This document shows, one piece after another, positions 48,941-58,986 of a stretch of 64,000 nucleotides of DNA; within the stretch, counting starts at the first letter, position 1, and every line of letters starts with the position of its first letter. The notes beneath the pieces were generated by a model. The model ran no database searches. It was not told the DNA's origin and saw only the letters and a program-made list of their open reading frames with translations. Position numbers and translations under genes: made by a program. This DNA comes from Candidatus Moraniibacteriota bacterium (GTDB lineage Bacteria > Patescibacteriota > Minisyncoccia > Moranbacterales > UBA1568), in contig CAIOMK010000059.1 of the NCBI GenBank assembly GCA_903859375.1, positions 3,438 to 67,437 on the forward strand, read 5' to 3'.

Positions 48941-51586
48941 CTATAATTCTCCCCAATTTTTCCCGACCGCCGTTTCGACGATAAGCGGCACACGAAGTGC
49001 ATAAGCCGACTCCATGATCCGCTTCACTTCAACCGCGAATGCTTCCGCGATATCTTCCTTCACTTCGAAAATGAGTTCATCGTGTACCTGAAGCAACATC
49101 CGAACGGCATCGCCATACTTCGGAAGCATCGATGCAACATGCAACATCGACAGTTTCATAATATCCGCCGCGAGTCCCTGTATCGGCATATTGATTGCCA
49201 TACGCTCCCCTGACTGCGCAAGATTCCGATTATCACTGTTTATTTCTGGCACGTATCGTCTCCTTCCAAGCTCCGTTTCAACCAGGCCCTTTTCGCGCGC
49301 ACTCACTTTCATCCCTTCCATATAGCCCGTCACGCCTGGAAATTTCTTGAAGTATGTCTCGATGAACTCAGCCGCCTCCGCAGGCGTGATACCGAGGCTC
49401 TGCGAGAGTCCGTACGCACTCATGCCATACATGAGTCCGAAGTTGAACACCTTTGCCTGCCGCCGCATATCACTTGTCACGTCCGTAGGCACGACCCCGT
49501 ATACGGCCGATGCCGTCGCGGTGTGCACGTCTTCCCCGTTTTCAAACGCGGACACGAGTGATTGGTCCCCGCTCACATGCGCCATCACGCGGAGTTCGAT
49601 CTGTGAATAATCGGCACCGACCAACACCCATCCCGGCTCGGCTTCAAACGCTCCTCGGATCGCGGCACTCCATTTTTCACGTGCGGGAATATTCTGCAGA
49701 TTCGGCTCAGTCGAGGAAAGCCGGCCGGTCGCCGTAACTGCCTGCTGGAAAGTCGTATGGATTCTCGATTCCGCATCGACCAGTGAAGGGAATGCATCGA
49801 GATACGTGGTCTTCAGTTTGAATAATTCCCGCTCGTCTTCCACGAGTGCCACGATCGGATATTCCTTCAACTTCGCGAGCTCCGGCGACGCGGTCGAGAT
49901 GCCTGTTTTTGTCCGCTTGATGCCTTTCGTCGGGATACCGAGTTCATCAAACAATATCTCCGAGAGTTGTTTCGGCGAGTTCACATTGAATTCCTTCCCT
50001 GCGAGGACATACATCTCCTTTTCTATGCGCGCTATTTCCAGACCGATCGTGTCGGACAGCGTTCGGAATATATCGGTATTCAGTCGGATACCCTCTTCTT
50101 CCATGCGCGCGAGCACGAATATGAGCGGCATTTCCACCTCGTCGAACAATCGGCTGAGCGTCCACGCCTTTTGTTGCTCTCCGGATATCGTCGCCAGCTT
50201 CTCTCTCAATCGTTTTTCGAGACGATATATCCCTTCCGCGACGGTTCCAAAAGATTCACCGTCACATTCCTCGAGAAGAAGGTGCGACAGTTCGATGCGT
50301 GTTCCGGCTCGAAGCAGATATCCGGCAATCAGTGTATCGAAAGAAAGTCCTTTCAGGGTGATCGTCTCGGCCCGAAGCGTGTGCCATGCGGATTTTGCGT
50401 CATGAAAAACTTTTGGCGCCGCTTCGTTCTCAAGGAAAAGTTTCAGCGACGGCTTCGTTTCATCATTCCACTCTACGGAAACAGTCCCTCCCTCATGTGC
50501 CAATTCGACGGAAACCACACCGGCAGAGCCGAAAAGAGACGCCTCTCCGGAAACGACATTCACCGCGACCGGCGTTCCTTTCGTTCCCGTGAGAAAAGTC
50601 GCCACGTCTTCAGCCGTCTTCAGTACTTTCGTCTTTTTTTTCTTTCCTTCGTTTTTTTGCATCCCTGCTTCTGTCCGGCTTGATTCTTTATTCTCTATTC
50701 TTGATTCCTCTCCACCTGGCACACGCTTCAACAGGCTATAAAATCCCATTTCCCTGAATAATTCAGAAACGATAGCCGTGTCAAAATCACGGGCGACACA
50801 GGCCTCCGGGTCGAATGTGACCGGAGCATCGGTGTCGATGGTTCCCAGCTCCTTGGAGAAAAACGCCATCTCCTTATCGGATACGAGCTTCTTCCGTACC
50901 GATTCTTTCACCGATTCGAGTGAATCATAGATTTTTTCAAGCGACCCGAATTCGCGGAGCAGGTCCGTTGCCGTCTTCACTCCGATACCGGCCACTCCGG
51001 GAATATTGTCCGAGTTGTCCCCTGCGAGTCCTTTGTAGTCCGGAATGGCCGTCGGAGGAAAACCGTATTTTTCCCGCACGGCGATCTCGTCATACAACAC
51101 GATGTCTTTCACCCCTTTGCGCAGAGCGAAAACCTTTACCAACGGGGTCACGAGTTGGAGAGCGTCATTATCCCCCGTCACGATGACCGCGGGGATGCCC
51201 CGCTCGGAAGCCTGTCTCGCCAATGTGCCGACACAATCATCCGCTTCGAATCCCTCCTGTTCATAGATCGGGATATTGAATGCACGGACCAAGTCCTTCA
51301 CCAAAGGTATCTGCGCATACAGATCGTCCGGGGCCTTCACCCGGGTAGCCTTATAGTCCGCGAACTTCTTGTGCCGGAAGGTCGGTGCGGACAGGTCGAA
51401 CGACGCGGCAATGTATTCCGGATGAAACTTTTCCAACACAGACAAAAGCGTCATCGCTACGCCGTATACCGCCCCGACTGTCTGTCCGGCTTTGTTCGTC
51501 AACGGGGGAAGGGCGTGATATGCACGATGAATGAGCGCATTCCCGTCCAGCAACACCAGTATTTTTTCGTCCGTTTTCTTCGCCAT
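48941..51586 (-). CDS. polA: DNA polymerase I
   Basis: LDGNALIHRAYHA, EADD, DYSQIELR, NFGLMYG, QVHDEL. Confidence 0.97.
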   Translation of the reverse strand: MAKKTDEKILVLLDGNALIHRAYHALPPLTNKAGQTVGAVYGVAMTLLSVLEKFHPEYIAASFDLSAPTFRHKKFADYKATRVKAPDDLYAQIPLVKDLVRAFNIPIYEQEGFEADDCVGTLARQASERGIPAVIVTGDNDALQLVTPLVKVFALRKGVKDIVLYDEIAVREKYGFPPTAIPDYKGLAGDNSDNIPGVAGIGVKTATDLLREFGSLEKIYDSLESVKESVRKKLVSDKEMAFFSKELGTIDTDAPVTFDPEACVARDFDTAIVSELFREMGFYSLLKRVPGGEESRIENKESSRTEAGMQKNEGKKKKTKVLKTAEDVATFLTGTKGTPVAVNVVSGEASLFGSAGVVSVELAHEGGTVSVEWNDETKPSLKLFLENEAAPKVFHDAKSAWHTLRAETITLKGLSFDTLIAGYLLRAGTRIELSHLLLEECDGESFGTVAEGIYRLEKRLREKLATISGEQQKAWTLSRLFDEVEMPLIFVLARMEEEGIRLNTDIFRTLSDTIGLEIARIEKEMYVLAGKEFNVNSPKQLSEILFDELGIPTKGIKRTKTGISTASPELAKLKEYPIVALVEDERELFKLKTTYLDAFPSLVDAESRIHTTFQQAVTATGRLSSTEPNLQNIPAREKWSAAIRGAFEAEPGWVLVGADYSQIELRVMAHVSGDQSLVSAFENGEDVHTATASAVYGVVPTDVTSDMRRQAKVFNFGLMYGMSAYGLSQSLGITPAEAAEFIETYFKKFPGVTGYMEGMKVSAREKGLVETELGRRRYVPEINSDNRNLAQSGERMAINMPIQGLAADIMKLSMLHVASMLPKYGDAVRMLLQVHDELIFEVKEDIAEAFAVEVKRIMESAYALRVPLIVETAVGKNWGEL

Positions 51587-51693
51587 AAATATTTTCAGGG
51601 TTGATTCCTCCTCTATTAGAGCCTTTTTCCTGAAGAATGTAAACCAGACAAGAACCGAACACGGTTTTGACGACTACGGATAGTGTCGGCGAT

Positions 51694-52137
51694 TCATTCC
51701 GAATCGCATACCGATATCCCGCGTTCCGTCTCTGAAACGGTTTCAATTGAGACGGTCACGATTTTTTTCGGAAGAATACTTTCGACACGCTCCGGCCATT
51801 CAAGTAATACCAGCCCTTCTGGATCCGAAATCCACTCTTCGAAACCGAGTCTGGCGAGATCATCCGAAGCATTGATGCGATAGGCGTCGATATGATAGAT
51901 ACGGCGGATACCCTGCGGGGACGGTAAAGCGAAATCGTAACGATGCATGATGACGAACGTCGGGCTTTGAAACGGCCCGACTGCGCCGAGCGCGGTCAAA
52001 ATTCCGGATGCAAATGCCGTCTTGCCCGCACCGAGATCTCCCCGGAGAGCGACGACACTTCCCGCGGGAAGGCGTGTTACGAGCTCCGCGGCGATACTTT
52101 TTGTCTCCTCTTCCGAACGTGAAATGATTTCAGACAT
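51694..52137 (-). CDS. tsaE: tRNA threonylcarbamoyladenosine biosynthesis ATPase TsaE
   Basis: GDLGAGKT, SPTF, HIDAYR, LEWPE. Confidence 0.93.
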   Translation of the reverse strand: MSEIISRSEEETKSIAAELVTRLPAGSVVALRGDLGAGKTAFASGILTALGAVGPFQSPTFVIMHRYDFALPSPQGIRRIYHIDAYRINASDDLARLGFEEWISDPEGLVLLEWPERVESILPKKIVTVSIETVSETERGISVCDSE

Positions 52138-52384
52138 AATCTATCGTATAATACTTCGACTTCCATACTATCAGATGCGCGCTCTCTCTTCCACCCGCTC
52201 TTTCTACCGTACGCTTTTGACTTTCGACTTTTGACTTTCGGCTGACCAGCTTCACCGGCCTGATATTTGACACAACCCTTTTTCCTTGCTATTTTACCTC
52301 TTCACAGGCGTTTTCCGGCGCACGCAAAGAGGGGCTCCGGAGATTCTGCGAAACTCCGTTTCCGACTTTTCTGATATTCCGCCT

Positions 52385-53539
52385 ATGTCCCTCTCTCCGG
52401 TCGAGCAGTTCTCCGAACTCGTACGGAAAAGCGTCCACCCGCTCATCCTTCTTCCAGCCCACCCGTCAAAAGATACGGTCGCATCGGCACTCGCGCTCGA
52501 AAGGTTCATCGCCTTATCGGGAAAACCGGTAACCGTCGCCGGAGACGATTTCTCCTCGCACACGCACGAACTCGGATTTTTGGAAATGCCGACAAATCCG
52601 CTCGATTCTCTTTCCGGTACGCGCGAATTCGTCCTTTCTTTCAACACGGAACGCAACCCCATACTCGGCACCAGGAGTGAACAGGTCGGGAATGAATTTC
52701 TTATACATATCACCCCGGAAAAAGGAACGATCGACCCCCGTGACTTTTCATTCATTCCGGCACGGCTTCAGTATGATGTCGCCTTCGTGCTTGGTGCCGC
52801 TGACAAAGAGTCTCTCGGATCCCTGTATGCCGAAAACTCGGACATCTTCTACGAAATCCCCATCGTGAATATCGACACGTCTGCCGGGAACGAGCGGTTC
52901 GGACAGGTAAACTTGGTCGATATGACCGCGTCTTCCATCGCCGAGATTCTTTTTGAGGCGATTCTTTCCATCGATGCGACCAAGGTGGACGAAGCCGTCG
53001 CGGAAGACCTGCTCACGGGAATAATCGCGGCGACCGAGAGCTTCCAACGCAAAAATACGACTCCGAAAGCGTTACAGGCGGCCTCCCGTCTTATCGAGCT
53101 CGGCGCAGATCGGGGAAAAATCGTACTCGCCCTCTATAAAACCCAGCCATTCGGAGTCCTCAAACTATGGGGCCGATTCATGTCCGCGCTTCGCTGGAGC
53201 GAAGAGCTCCGCCTTGCCTATGCGACCCTCTCACTTGATGATTTCATACAGAGTCGGACCCGTCCGGAAGATCTTCCCGAGATTCTCGACAAAGTCCGTG
53301 CCAATTTCTCATCAGGCACGTTGTTCGCGGCGGTTTACCCCGAAACGCCGACTGTGTCCGCGGTCGTTATCCGCGCCACGGATGCCGGTATCGCCGCGTC
53401 ACTCTCGACGAAAATTCCGGGGTCGAATCTGCGCGGAGACATGCTGTCATTTGCCATCCCTCTGCCTGCCGGAGAGGATGCGGAGTCGGGCCTGATTTCC
53501 ATTATTTCTTCCGCTCTCGCCGAGAACCAGCCAATTTGA
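52385..53539 (+). CDS. DHH/NrnA-like phosphoesterase-fold protein with degenerate catalytic motifs
   Basis: IVNIDTSAGNERFGQVNLVD, LLTGIIAATESF; DHH replaced by DTS. Confidence 0.7.
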   Translation: MSLSPVEQFSELVRKSVHPLILLPAHPSKDTVASALALERFIALSGKPVTVAGDDFSSHTHELGFLEMPTNPLDSLSGTREFVLSFNTERNPILGTRSEQVGNEFLIHITPEKGTIDPRDFSFIPARLQYDVAFVLGAADKESLGSLYAENSDIFYEIPIVNIDTSAGNERFGQVNLVDMTASSIAEILFEAILSIDATKVDEAVAEDLLTGIIAATESFQRKNTTPKALQAASRLIELGADRGKIVLALYKTQPFGVLKLWGRFMSALRWSEELRLAYATLSLDDFIQSRTRPEDLPEILDKVRANFSSGTLFAAVYPETPTVSAVVIRATDAGIAASLSTKIPGSNLRGDMLSFAIPLPAGEDAESGLISIISSALAENQPI

Positions 53540-53631
53540 CTTTTAACCGCACAATTGGTACTCTTTTCTTGAAGTATGGCACGCCATACTTTTTTGTTCT
53601 TTCATAATTCAACCCCTAAACAATGTAACTC

Positions 53632-54312
53632 ATGTCACGACTCCCCAAACACCCTCACGTTCCGATATCAAAGATAGCGGATCGATTGTTCGCTCATTTA
53701 AAAAATATTGCGGATAAACGGTATCACCTCACGCATCCCAGGAAATCAAACCTCTCTTCGTCAAGGCAGAACAAGAATTCCTTCATGTACTTCGACGAGA
53801 TTCTTTTTTTTCAGATCTCCAAGGAAAGCGTGTGGATCGCAATACTCGGACAAGGTCGAAAACTGATCAACTCGGAGCCTCCCACGACGGAACCGCTCGA
53901 CCAATTTCGAATCGCGTTCATGCCGCTCCCCCTTTCTTCGCACAAACTTTGCAATCTGTTCGTGCGGGAAACAAAATCAAGGAAAAAACAAAGTAACACC
54001 GGAGACATCACCATCGAACCTTTTTCTGAAATTTCACGTCTCACACTCGCGAGCGGGACCGAGAAAAAACTTTCCGAGGCACTTGGAGTCACAGACACGG
54101 GAAAAGACATGCTCATACTCAATCTCGAAGAAAAATTTCCGATGTGTTTTTTCTCCGGAAGTCACAGTATGGACGACAAGGCTCACATGTTGAACGGTAT
54201 TTTTAAAGGAGACCCCACCTCCTTGAACGACGCCACCGTTCTCGATATGGCACACCACCTCACTGCAGAGGTTCTCAAAGTCATTCACAGTATCCCCCAG
54301 GAACAACAATGA
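53632..54312 (+). CDS. hypothetical protein
   Basis: 226-aa ORF with its own promoter-like and terminator-like flanks. Confidence 0.6.
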   Translation: MSRLPKHPHVPISKIADRLFAHLKNIADKRYHLTHPRKSNLSSSRQNKNSFMYFDEILFFQISKESVWIAILGQGRKLINSEPPTTEPLDQFRIAFMPLPLSSHKLCNLFVRETKSRKKQSNTGDITIEPFSEISRLTLASGTEKKLSEALGVTDTGKDMLILNLEEKFPMCFFSGSHSMDDKAHMLNGIFKGDPTSLNDATVLDMAHHLTAEVLKVIHSIPQEQQ

Positions 54313-54487
54313 CATTCTATCGACGAACTGACCCGGCAACGTGACAAACGCGCTACCGGGTTTTTATTATGGGAATCCGTACCGAAACGTTCCATTTTTC
54401 GCCCTTTTCGGTTACAATGATGGAAGAAACTCCTCTTAAGAGGATGTATTGTATCCTCCAAAAAAATCTTTTCCTAAACAGAATCCT

Positions 54488-57400
54488 ATGGTTCAGGTCG
54501 TTTCAAAATCGTCGCAGGACTGGAGAGACGTAAAAACGAAAAAAGCGGCGACCGTTCTTCACGCACTCGAAGGCGCGTCCAAAGAGCAGGAGGCCGCCCA
54601 GAAAGCCGCGTTGCTCGGTGTTCCGTATCTTGACCTCAATATCTTTCCAGCAAACCCGATCGATGTGACTATTATTCCGAAGGAAGACGCGACAAGGCTC
54701 CATATAGCCATATTCGACAAGACAAAAGGCGTCGTCCGGGTAGCGTTCGACGATCCGACAGATTCCGAGGCCACTCAGTTTATCGAAAAACTGGCCAAAG
54801 AAAACGATTGGGTAGTCGAACCGTACGTCGTCTCGATGCAGTCACTTGAGAAGGTCTGGACGATCTATGACACCGCCCCGTTTCTACAGAGTCTCGATCT
54901 GTTCCGCGTTTCCCTCTCCGGAGAAGACCTGCGCCGGTTCGAAGAAAATTTCAGTGAACTTCTCAAACTGAAAAGCTCGTCTTCCATTTCCATTTCCCAA
55001 ACCATCGAAATCATTCTTGCCGGAGCGAACAAACTCCGGGCAAGCGACATCCATATCGAGCCGGAAACCGGTTCCGTGCGTCTCCGTTATCGTATAGACG
55101 GCGTCTTGCAGGATATAGGAGAACTCTCGAAGGACATCTATCGGTTGACGCTTTCGCGGGTGAAAATGCTTGCCGGCATGAAGATAAACATCCGGGACCG
55201 GTCTCAGGACGGCCATTTCGGCATCGAGCTCGACGGAAAAAAAGTCGACCTCCGAGTGAACATCATACCAGGCAGTCACGGTGAAAGCATCAACCTTCGC
55301 ATACTCAACGCCGAAAGTATCCTCTTGGATCTGAAAACGATTGGGCTGGACGGTGAAACCTTGGAAAAGGTTCTCCGCGCCATAGGAAAACCACATGGGA
55401 TGATCCTGAACACCGGGCCGACCGGTTCCGGCAAAACGACGACCCTCTATAGTCTTCTTCACACGCTCAACAAGCCAGAAATCAAGATCATCACTATCGA
55501 GGATCCGGTCGAATATCAGCTCCAGGGTGTTGTTCAGACCGAAGTATCCAAAAATCAGACATATACGTTCGCAGCCGCACTTCGGGCCATCGTCCGGCAA
55601 GATCCGGATGTGATTCTCGTCGGCGAAATCCGAGACGACGAGACCGCAGATATCTCAGTGAATGCCGCGCTCACCGGACACCTCCTCCTCTCGACGATTC
55701 ATGCGAACAGCGCGCCGGGTGCCGTAGGACGACTCATCGAGCTCGGAGTGAAGCCGTCACTCATAGCCTCCGCAACGGATATCATCATCGGACAAAGACT
55801 GGTTCGGATCCTCTGCCCGGATTGCAAGGAATCGTATGAGCCGGCGAAAGAAACCATCAGCTCCATAGAGCGCATCCTTTCAGTCATTTCTCCGAAGGCC
55901 CATATCGAGGTGCCTCACAACGTGAAGGAGCTCTGGAAGCCGGTCGGTTGCGTCAAATGCAATCTTACGGGCTATCATGGCCGAATCGGTATTTTCGAGG
56001 CATTCACGATCACGCCTCCGATAGAGGAGCTCATCGTGAACATGGGCACAGAAAGAGAGATCATGAGAGCCGCCATCGAAGACGGCATGGTGACCATGTT
56101 GCAAGACGGCATGATCAAGGCGCTCCGTGGCACGACGACACTCGAGGAGATATGGCGTGCGACCGGACAAAAGGAGAGCATGCAGGAACTCTACGAGGAG
56201 CTCATGCCGAGTCTTCTTTCGCGGGCATCGGACATCCCCGCCTCAGCATTCATATCGGCGCGGGAGAATATCTCGTCTTTCGAAATATTCGCAAAATACA
56301 CGGCGACACTCAATGATCATGACCTGATTCGCGTAATCTTTGCCGCCGCACTCTTTCTTCGGGCTGGTGATGTCCACTTCGAACCGACAGATGAATCCAT
56401 TCTCGTCCGATTCCGTATCGACGGCATCCTTCAGACCATCCTGTCTTTCCCAAAGAACATCTATCCGTCGATTCTCGGTGAGATCAAGCTTTGGAGCGGC
56501 CTGAAGACCGGGCAACGTTCCGGCGTAACGGATGGCCGGTTCACACTCTCCGTCGAAGAACCGTTCGAGCAGGTAAAGCCGGGGAAAATAGATGTCCGTC
56601 TTTCGATAATCCTGGGCGGATTCGGGGAAACGGCCGTCATGAGAATTTTAGGCGGTTCATCAATCACGTTGTCACTCGACGCGCTCGAGTTTCGAAAAGA
56701 GAATTTGTCCCGCATCGATGCTGCGCTCCGGAAGCCGAACGGGATGATCGTGAACGTCGGTCCGACCGGTTCCGGTAAGACGACAACACTCTATAGCATG
56801 CTTTCCAAACTCAATACCCCCGAAGTGAAGATCATCACAGTCGAGGACCCGATCGAATACCAGCTTCCGGGAGTATTGCAGACACAGGTGAACGAAGCGG
56901 AAGGGTATTCTTTCGCCGAAGCGCTCCGAGCACTTCTCCGTCAGAACCCGGATATCCTTATGCTCGGAGAAATCCGCGACGAGGAGACGGCCCGCATAGC
57001 CGTCCAGGCAGCCGTCACAGGACACCTCGTCCTCTCGACGGTTCACGCGAACAGCGCTGCCGGAGCTGTATCCCGTATTATCGGCATGGGCGTTCCGACC
57101 GACGACCTCGCGAATGCGATAAACTGTTTCATTTCCCAACGTCTCGTCCGAAGACTCTGTCCGAATTGTCGCAAGGAAGAACAGCCCACCCAGGAAGAAA
57201 CAACCCTGATCGAACGCATCCTTGGAAAAGTCGACAACGCGCTCCTCACGGAAGTTCCCCCGACAGACAAGGTATTCCGCACGGTCGGATGTCCGAAATG
57301 TAACGGAGTCGGTTATTCCGGACAGATCGTCTTATCGGAGGTCTTATTGAAAGATCCTGATATCGAAGGACTTATCGCGGGGAACGCACTTTCGTCAGAA

Positions 57401-57514
57401 ATAAACGCGACAGCCGTAAAGAACGGCATGATTCCCCTTTCGGTCGACGGAATACTCGCCGTACTTGAAGGAAGGACGACCATCGATGAGGTTCGCCGCG
57501 TCACAGACGAATAA
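54488..57514 (+). CDS. GspE/PilB family ATPase with two tandem ATPase modules
   Basis: Two complete sets of (A/G)(S)D(I/V)H.EP, GPTGSGKTTT, EDP.EY, RQ.PD, GEIRD and CxxC...CxxC. Confidence 0.9.
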   Translation: MVQVVSKSSQDWRDVKTKKAATVLHALEGASKEQEAAQKAALLGVPYLDLNIFPANPIDVTIIPKEDATRLHIAIFDKTKGVVRVAFDDPTDSEATQFIEKLAKENDWVVEPYVVSMQSLEKVWTIYDTAPFLQSLDLFRVSLSGEDLRRFEENFSELLKLKSSSSISISQTIEIILAGANKLRASDIHIEPETGSVRLRYRIDGVLQDIGELSKDIYRLTLSRVKMLAGMKINIRDRSQDGHFGIELDGKKVDLRVNIIPGSHGESINLRILNAESILLDLKTIGLDGETLEKVLRAIGKPHGMILNTGPTGSGKTTTLYSLLHTLNKPEIKIITIEDPVEYQLQGVVQTEVSKNQTYTFAAALRAIVRQDPDVILVGEIRDDETADISVNAALTGHLLLSTIHANSAPGAVGRLIELGVKPSLIASATDIIIGQRLVRILCPDCKESYEPAKETISSIERILSVISPKAHIEVPHNVKELWKPVGCVKCNLTGYHGRIGIFEAFTITPPIEELIVNMGTEREIMRAAIEDGMVTMLQDGMIKALRGTTTLEEIWRATGQKESMQELYEELMPSLLSRASDIPASAFISARENISSFEIFAKYTATLNDHDLIRVIFAAALFLRAGDVHFEPTDESILVRFRIDGILQTILSFPKNIYPSILGEIKLWSGLKTGQRSGVTDGRFTLSVEEPFEQVKPGKIDVRLSIILGGFGETAVMRILGGSSITLSLDALEFRKENLSRIDAALRKPNGMIVNVGPTGSGKTTTLYSMLSKLNTPEVKIITVEDPIEYQLPGVLQTQVNEAEGYSFAEALRALLRQNPDILMLGEIRDEETARIAVQAAVTGHLVLSTVHANSAAGAVSRIIGMGVPTDDLANAINCFISQRLVRRLCPNCRKEEQPTQEETTLIERILGKVDNALLTEVPPTDKVFRTVGCPKCNGVGYSGQIVLSEVLLKDPDIEGLIAGNALSSEINATAVKNGMIPLSVDGILAVLEGRTTIDEVRRVTDE

Positions 57515-57566
57515 AAAGGCCTCATCTTTGACGATGAAGCCTTATCCAAATCTTGAACATGAAGCA

Positions 57567-58073
57567 TTATCCCATATGGGATGTGGCGTGCTTATGCGTC
57601 TCGGAAAATCTTTTTGTTGTCTCGATAGCCTCTCTCATATCTCCAACATCCGCTACAACCACGACCGTTCCGGTCGCCATCATCTGCTCAATGGGTGACA
57701 AGACCCGGTGGACCACTCCCGGCGGTAGCCAGAACCCGCATCGGTCGGCGCCGGTCTCTGCACAATCCCATCTCATACAACCGACAAGCTTGATCGGATT
57801 TTCGGAGTATCTCACGGCGTACTCCGGAATCTGAAAATTCTTCTCTGCCGAGGAATACAAAGTCACCGGGTCACCGATGAAGATAGGTTTTCCGCACCAC
57901 GCACAACGGATAGCCATTTTTTCGAGACACCCGTGACAGAACGGCGTCTTATTCCCCTTGATCGGTATTTTCGTCTTCGATCTTCCGCCGAACGCCACAA
58001 CCGTTCCGTCTCTCCATGTCTTGTGACCGCAATCGGCGATGATGGGGTACAGTATTCCGCTAAAAATCGACAT
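57567..58073 (-). CDS. hypothetical Cys-rich (putative Zn-binding) protein
   Basis: CGH, CHGC, CAWC, CMRWDC motifs; SD CAGGAG. Confidence 0.7.
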   Translation of the reverse strand: MSIFSGILYPIIADCGHKTWRDGTVVAFGGRSKTKIPIKGNKTPFCHGCLEKMAIRCAWCGKPIFIGDPVTLYSSAEKNFQIPEYAVRYSENPIKLVGCMRWDCAETGADRCGFWLPPGVVHRVLSPIEQMMATGTVVVVADVGDMREAIETTKRFSETHKHATSHMG

Positions 58074-58155
58074 TTTCGTCTCCTGTTTTTAAGGATTCAT
58101 GAAACCTTTCTCGTGCAAGAAATATGACAAAAATGACAAATTTCGTCAATATGTA

Positions 58156-58581
58156 TCATCTGTCGGCGCATTTTACACAACGGCATCCGTGCGGACGGAT
58201 AAGCTCATTCACATATTCCGAACCGTAATCGTAAGAGATTTCCTCGCCGACAAGAATACGGCGTCGGGCAACGATAAAGATTCTTCCTCGACGGTTCACT
58301 GCTTCGCAATTCGGTCGACATGAATGATTCACGTATCTTGCGATATTCCACCGCGGGCTCCCATCGATGTCCCAACGTGAATTCACCTGAAAAAGGTACC
58401 GGTTCATGCGATCAGTCGACTTCGTCGATGCGATCCGATTACCGACATATTCGATCACATCCTCTCCTTTTCGAAATTCACGGACAGTGAACAGGCCGAG
58501 TCCGGAGAGAGACCGACGTACGACGACATCCGATGGCGCTGTAAACGGAATGATGACAGCGCTGTCTTCATTGTTTCCCAT
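58156..58581 (-). CDS. SET domain protein (lysine methyltransferase family) with post-SET cysteines
   Basis: GLGLF, ARYVNHSCRPNC, GEEISYDYG, CRCVKC. Confidence 0.88.
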   Translation of the reverse strand: MGNNEDSAVIIPFTAPSDVVVRRSLSGLGLFTVREFRKGEDVIEYVGNRIASTKSTDRMNRYLFQVNSRWDIDGSPRWNIARYVNHSCRPNCEAVNRRGRIFIVARRRILVGEEISYDYGSEYVNELIRPHGCRCVKCADR

Positions 58582-58599
58582 AGCATTCGACTTACCGAT

Positions 58600-58884
58600 A
58601 AAAACAAAGGCCCCGCGAAGCGGAGCCTTGTATCCCGACGGACAATTCAGCTGCAGGTAATCCGAGACGTCAAGGACATCTCGGGAAGGGACAGTGTCGA
58701 GGAGGAGCGCAGCCGAAACCACCCAACCCATGTCTGGACATCTCGCGCTTGCCACATCCCACAATGATTGCGGGAAACGGTAAGCGCGAGGGTAAGCCCC
58801 CTGTCTTGAGGATAAAAGATAGGAATCCCCAATTTACCTGCAGGTGAAAGGTCCTTCGTGTGAGCGTCCGTTTTTCAACAGGAC
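58600..58884 (-). ncRNA. putative rod-like ncRNA (6S RNA-like)
   Basis: Promoter TTGACA-17-TAATAT (58918-58890); end-to-end pairing ACGGAC/GTCCGT and CTGCAGGTAA/TTACCTGCAG; terminator hairpin at 58607-58629 followed by a U-rich tract. Confidence 0.55.
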
Positions 58885-58986
58885 TTTTCATATTAGCATA
58901 GCTTTGTATTCCTGTCAAGAAGTGGTAGAATGTCCCTAGAATCACAATGGAACGGCTAAAAAAAGCCATTTTTAAAAGCAATATCC

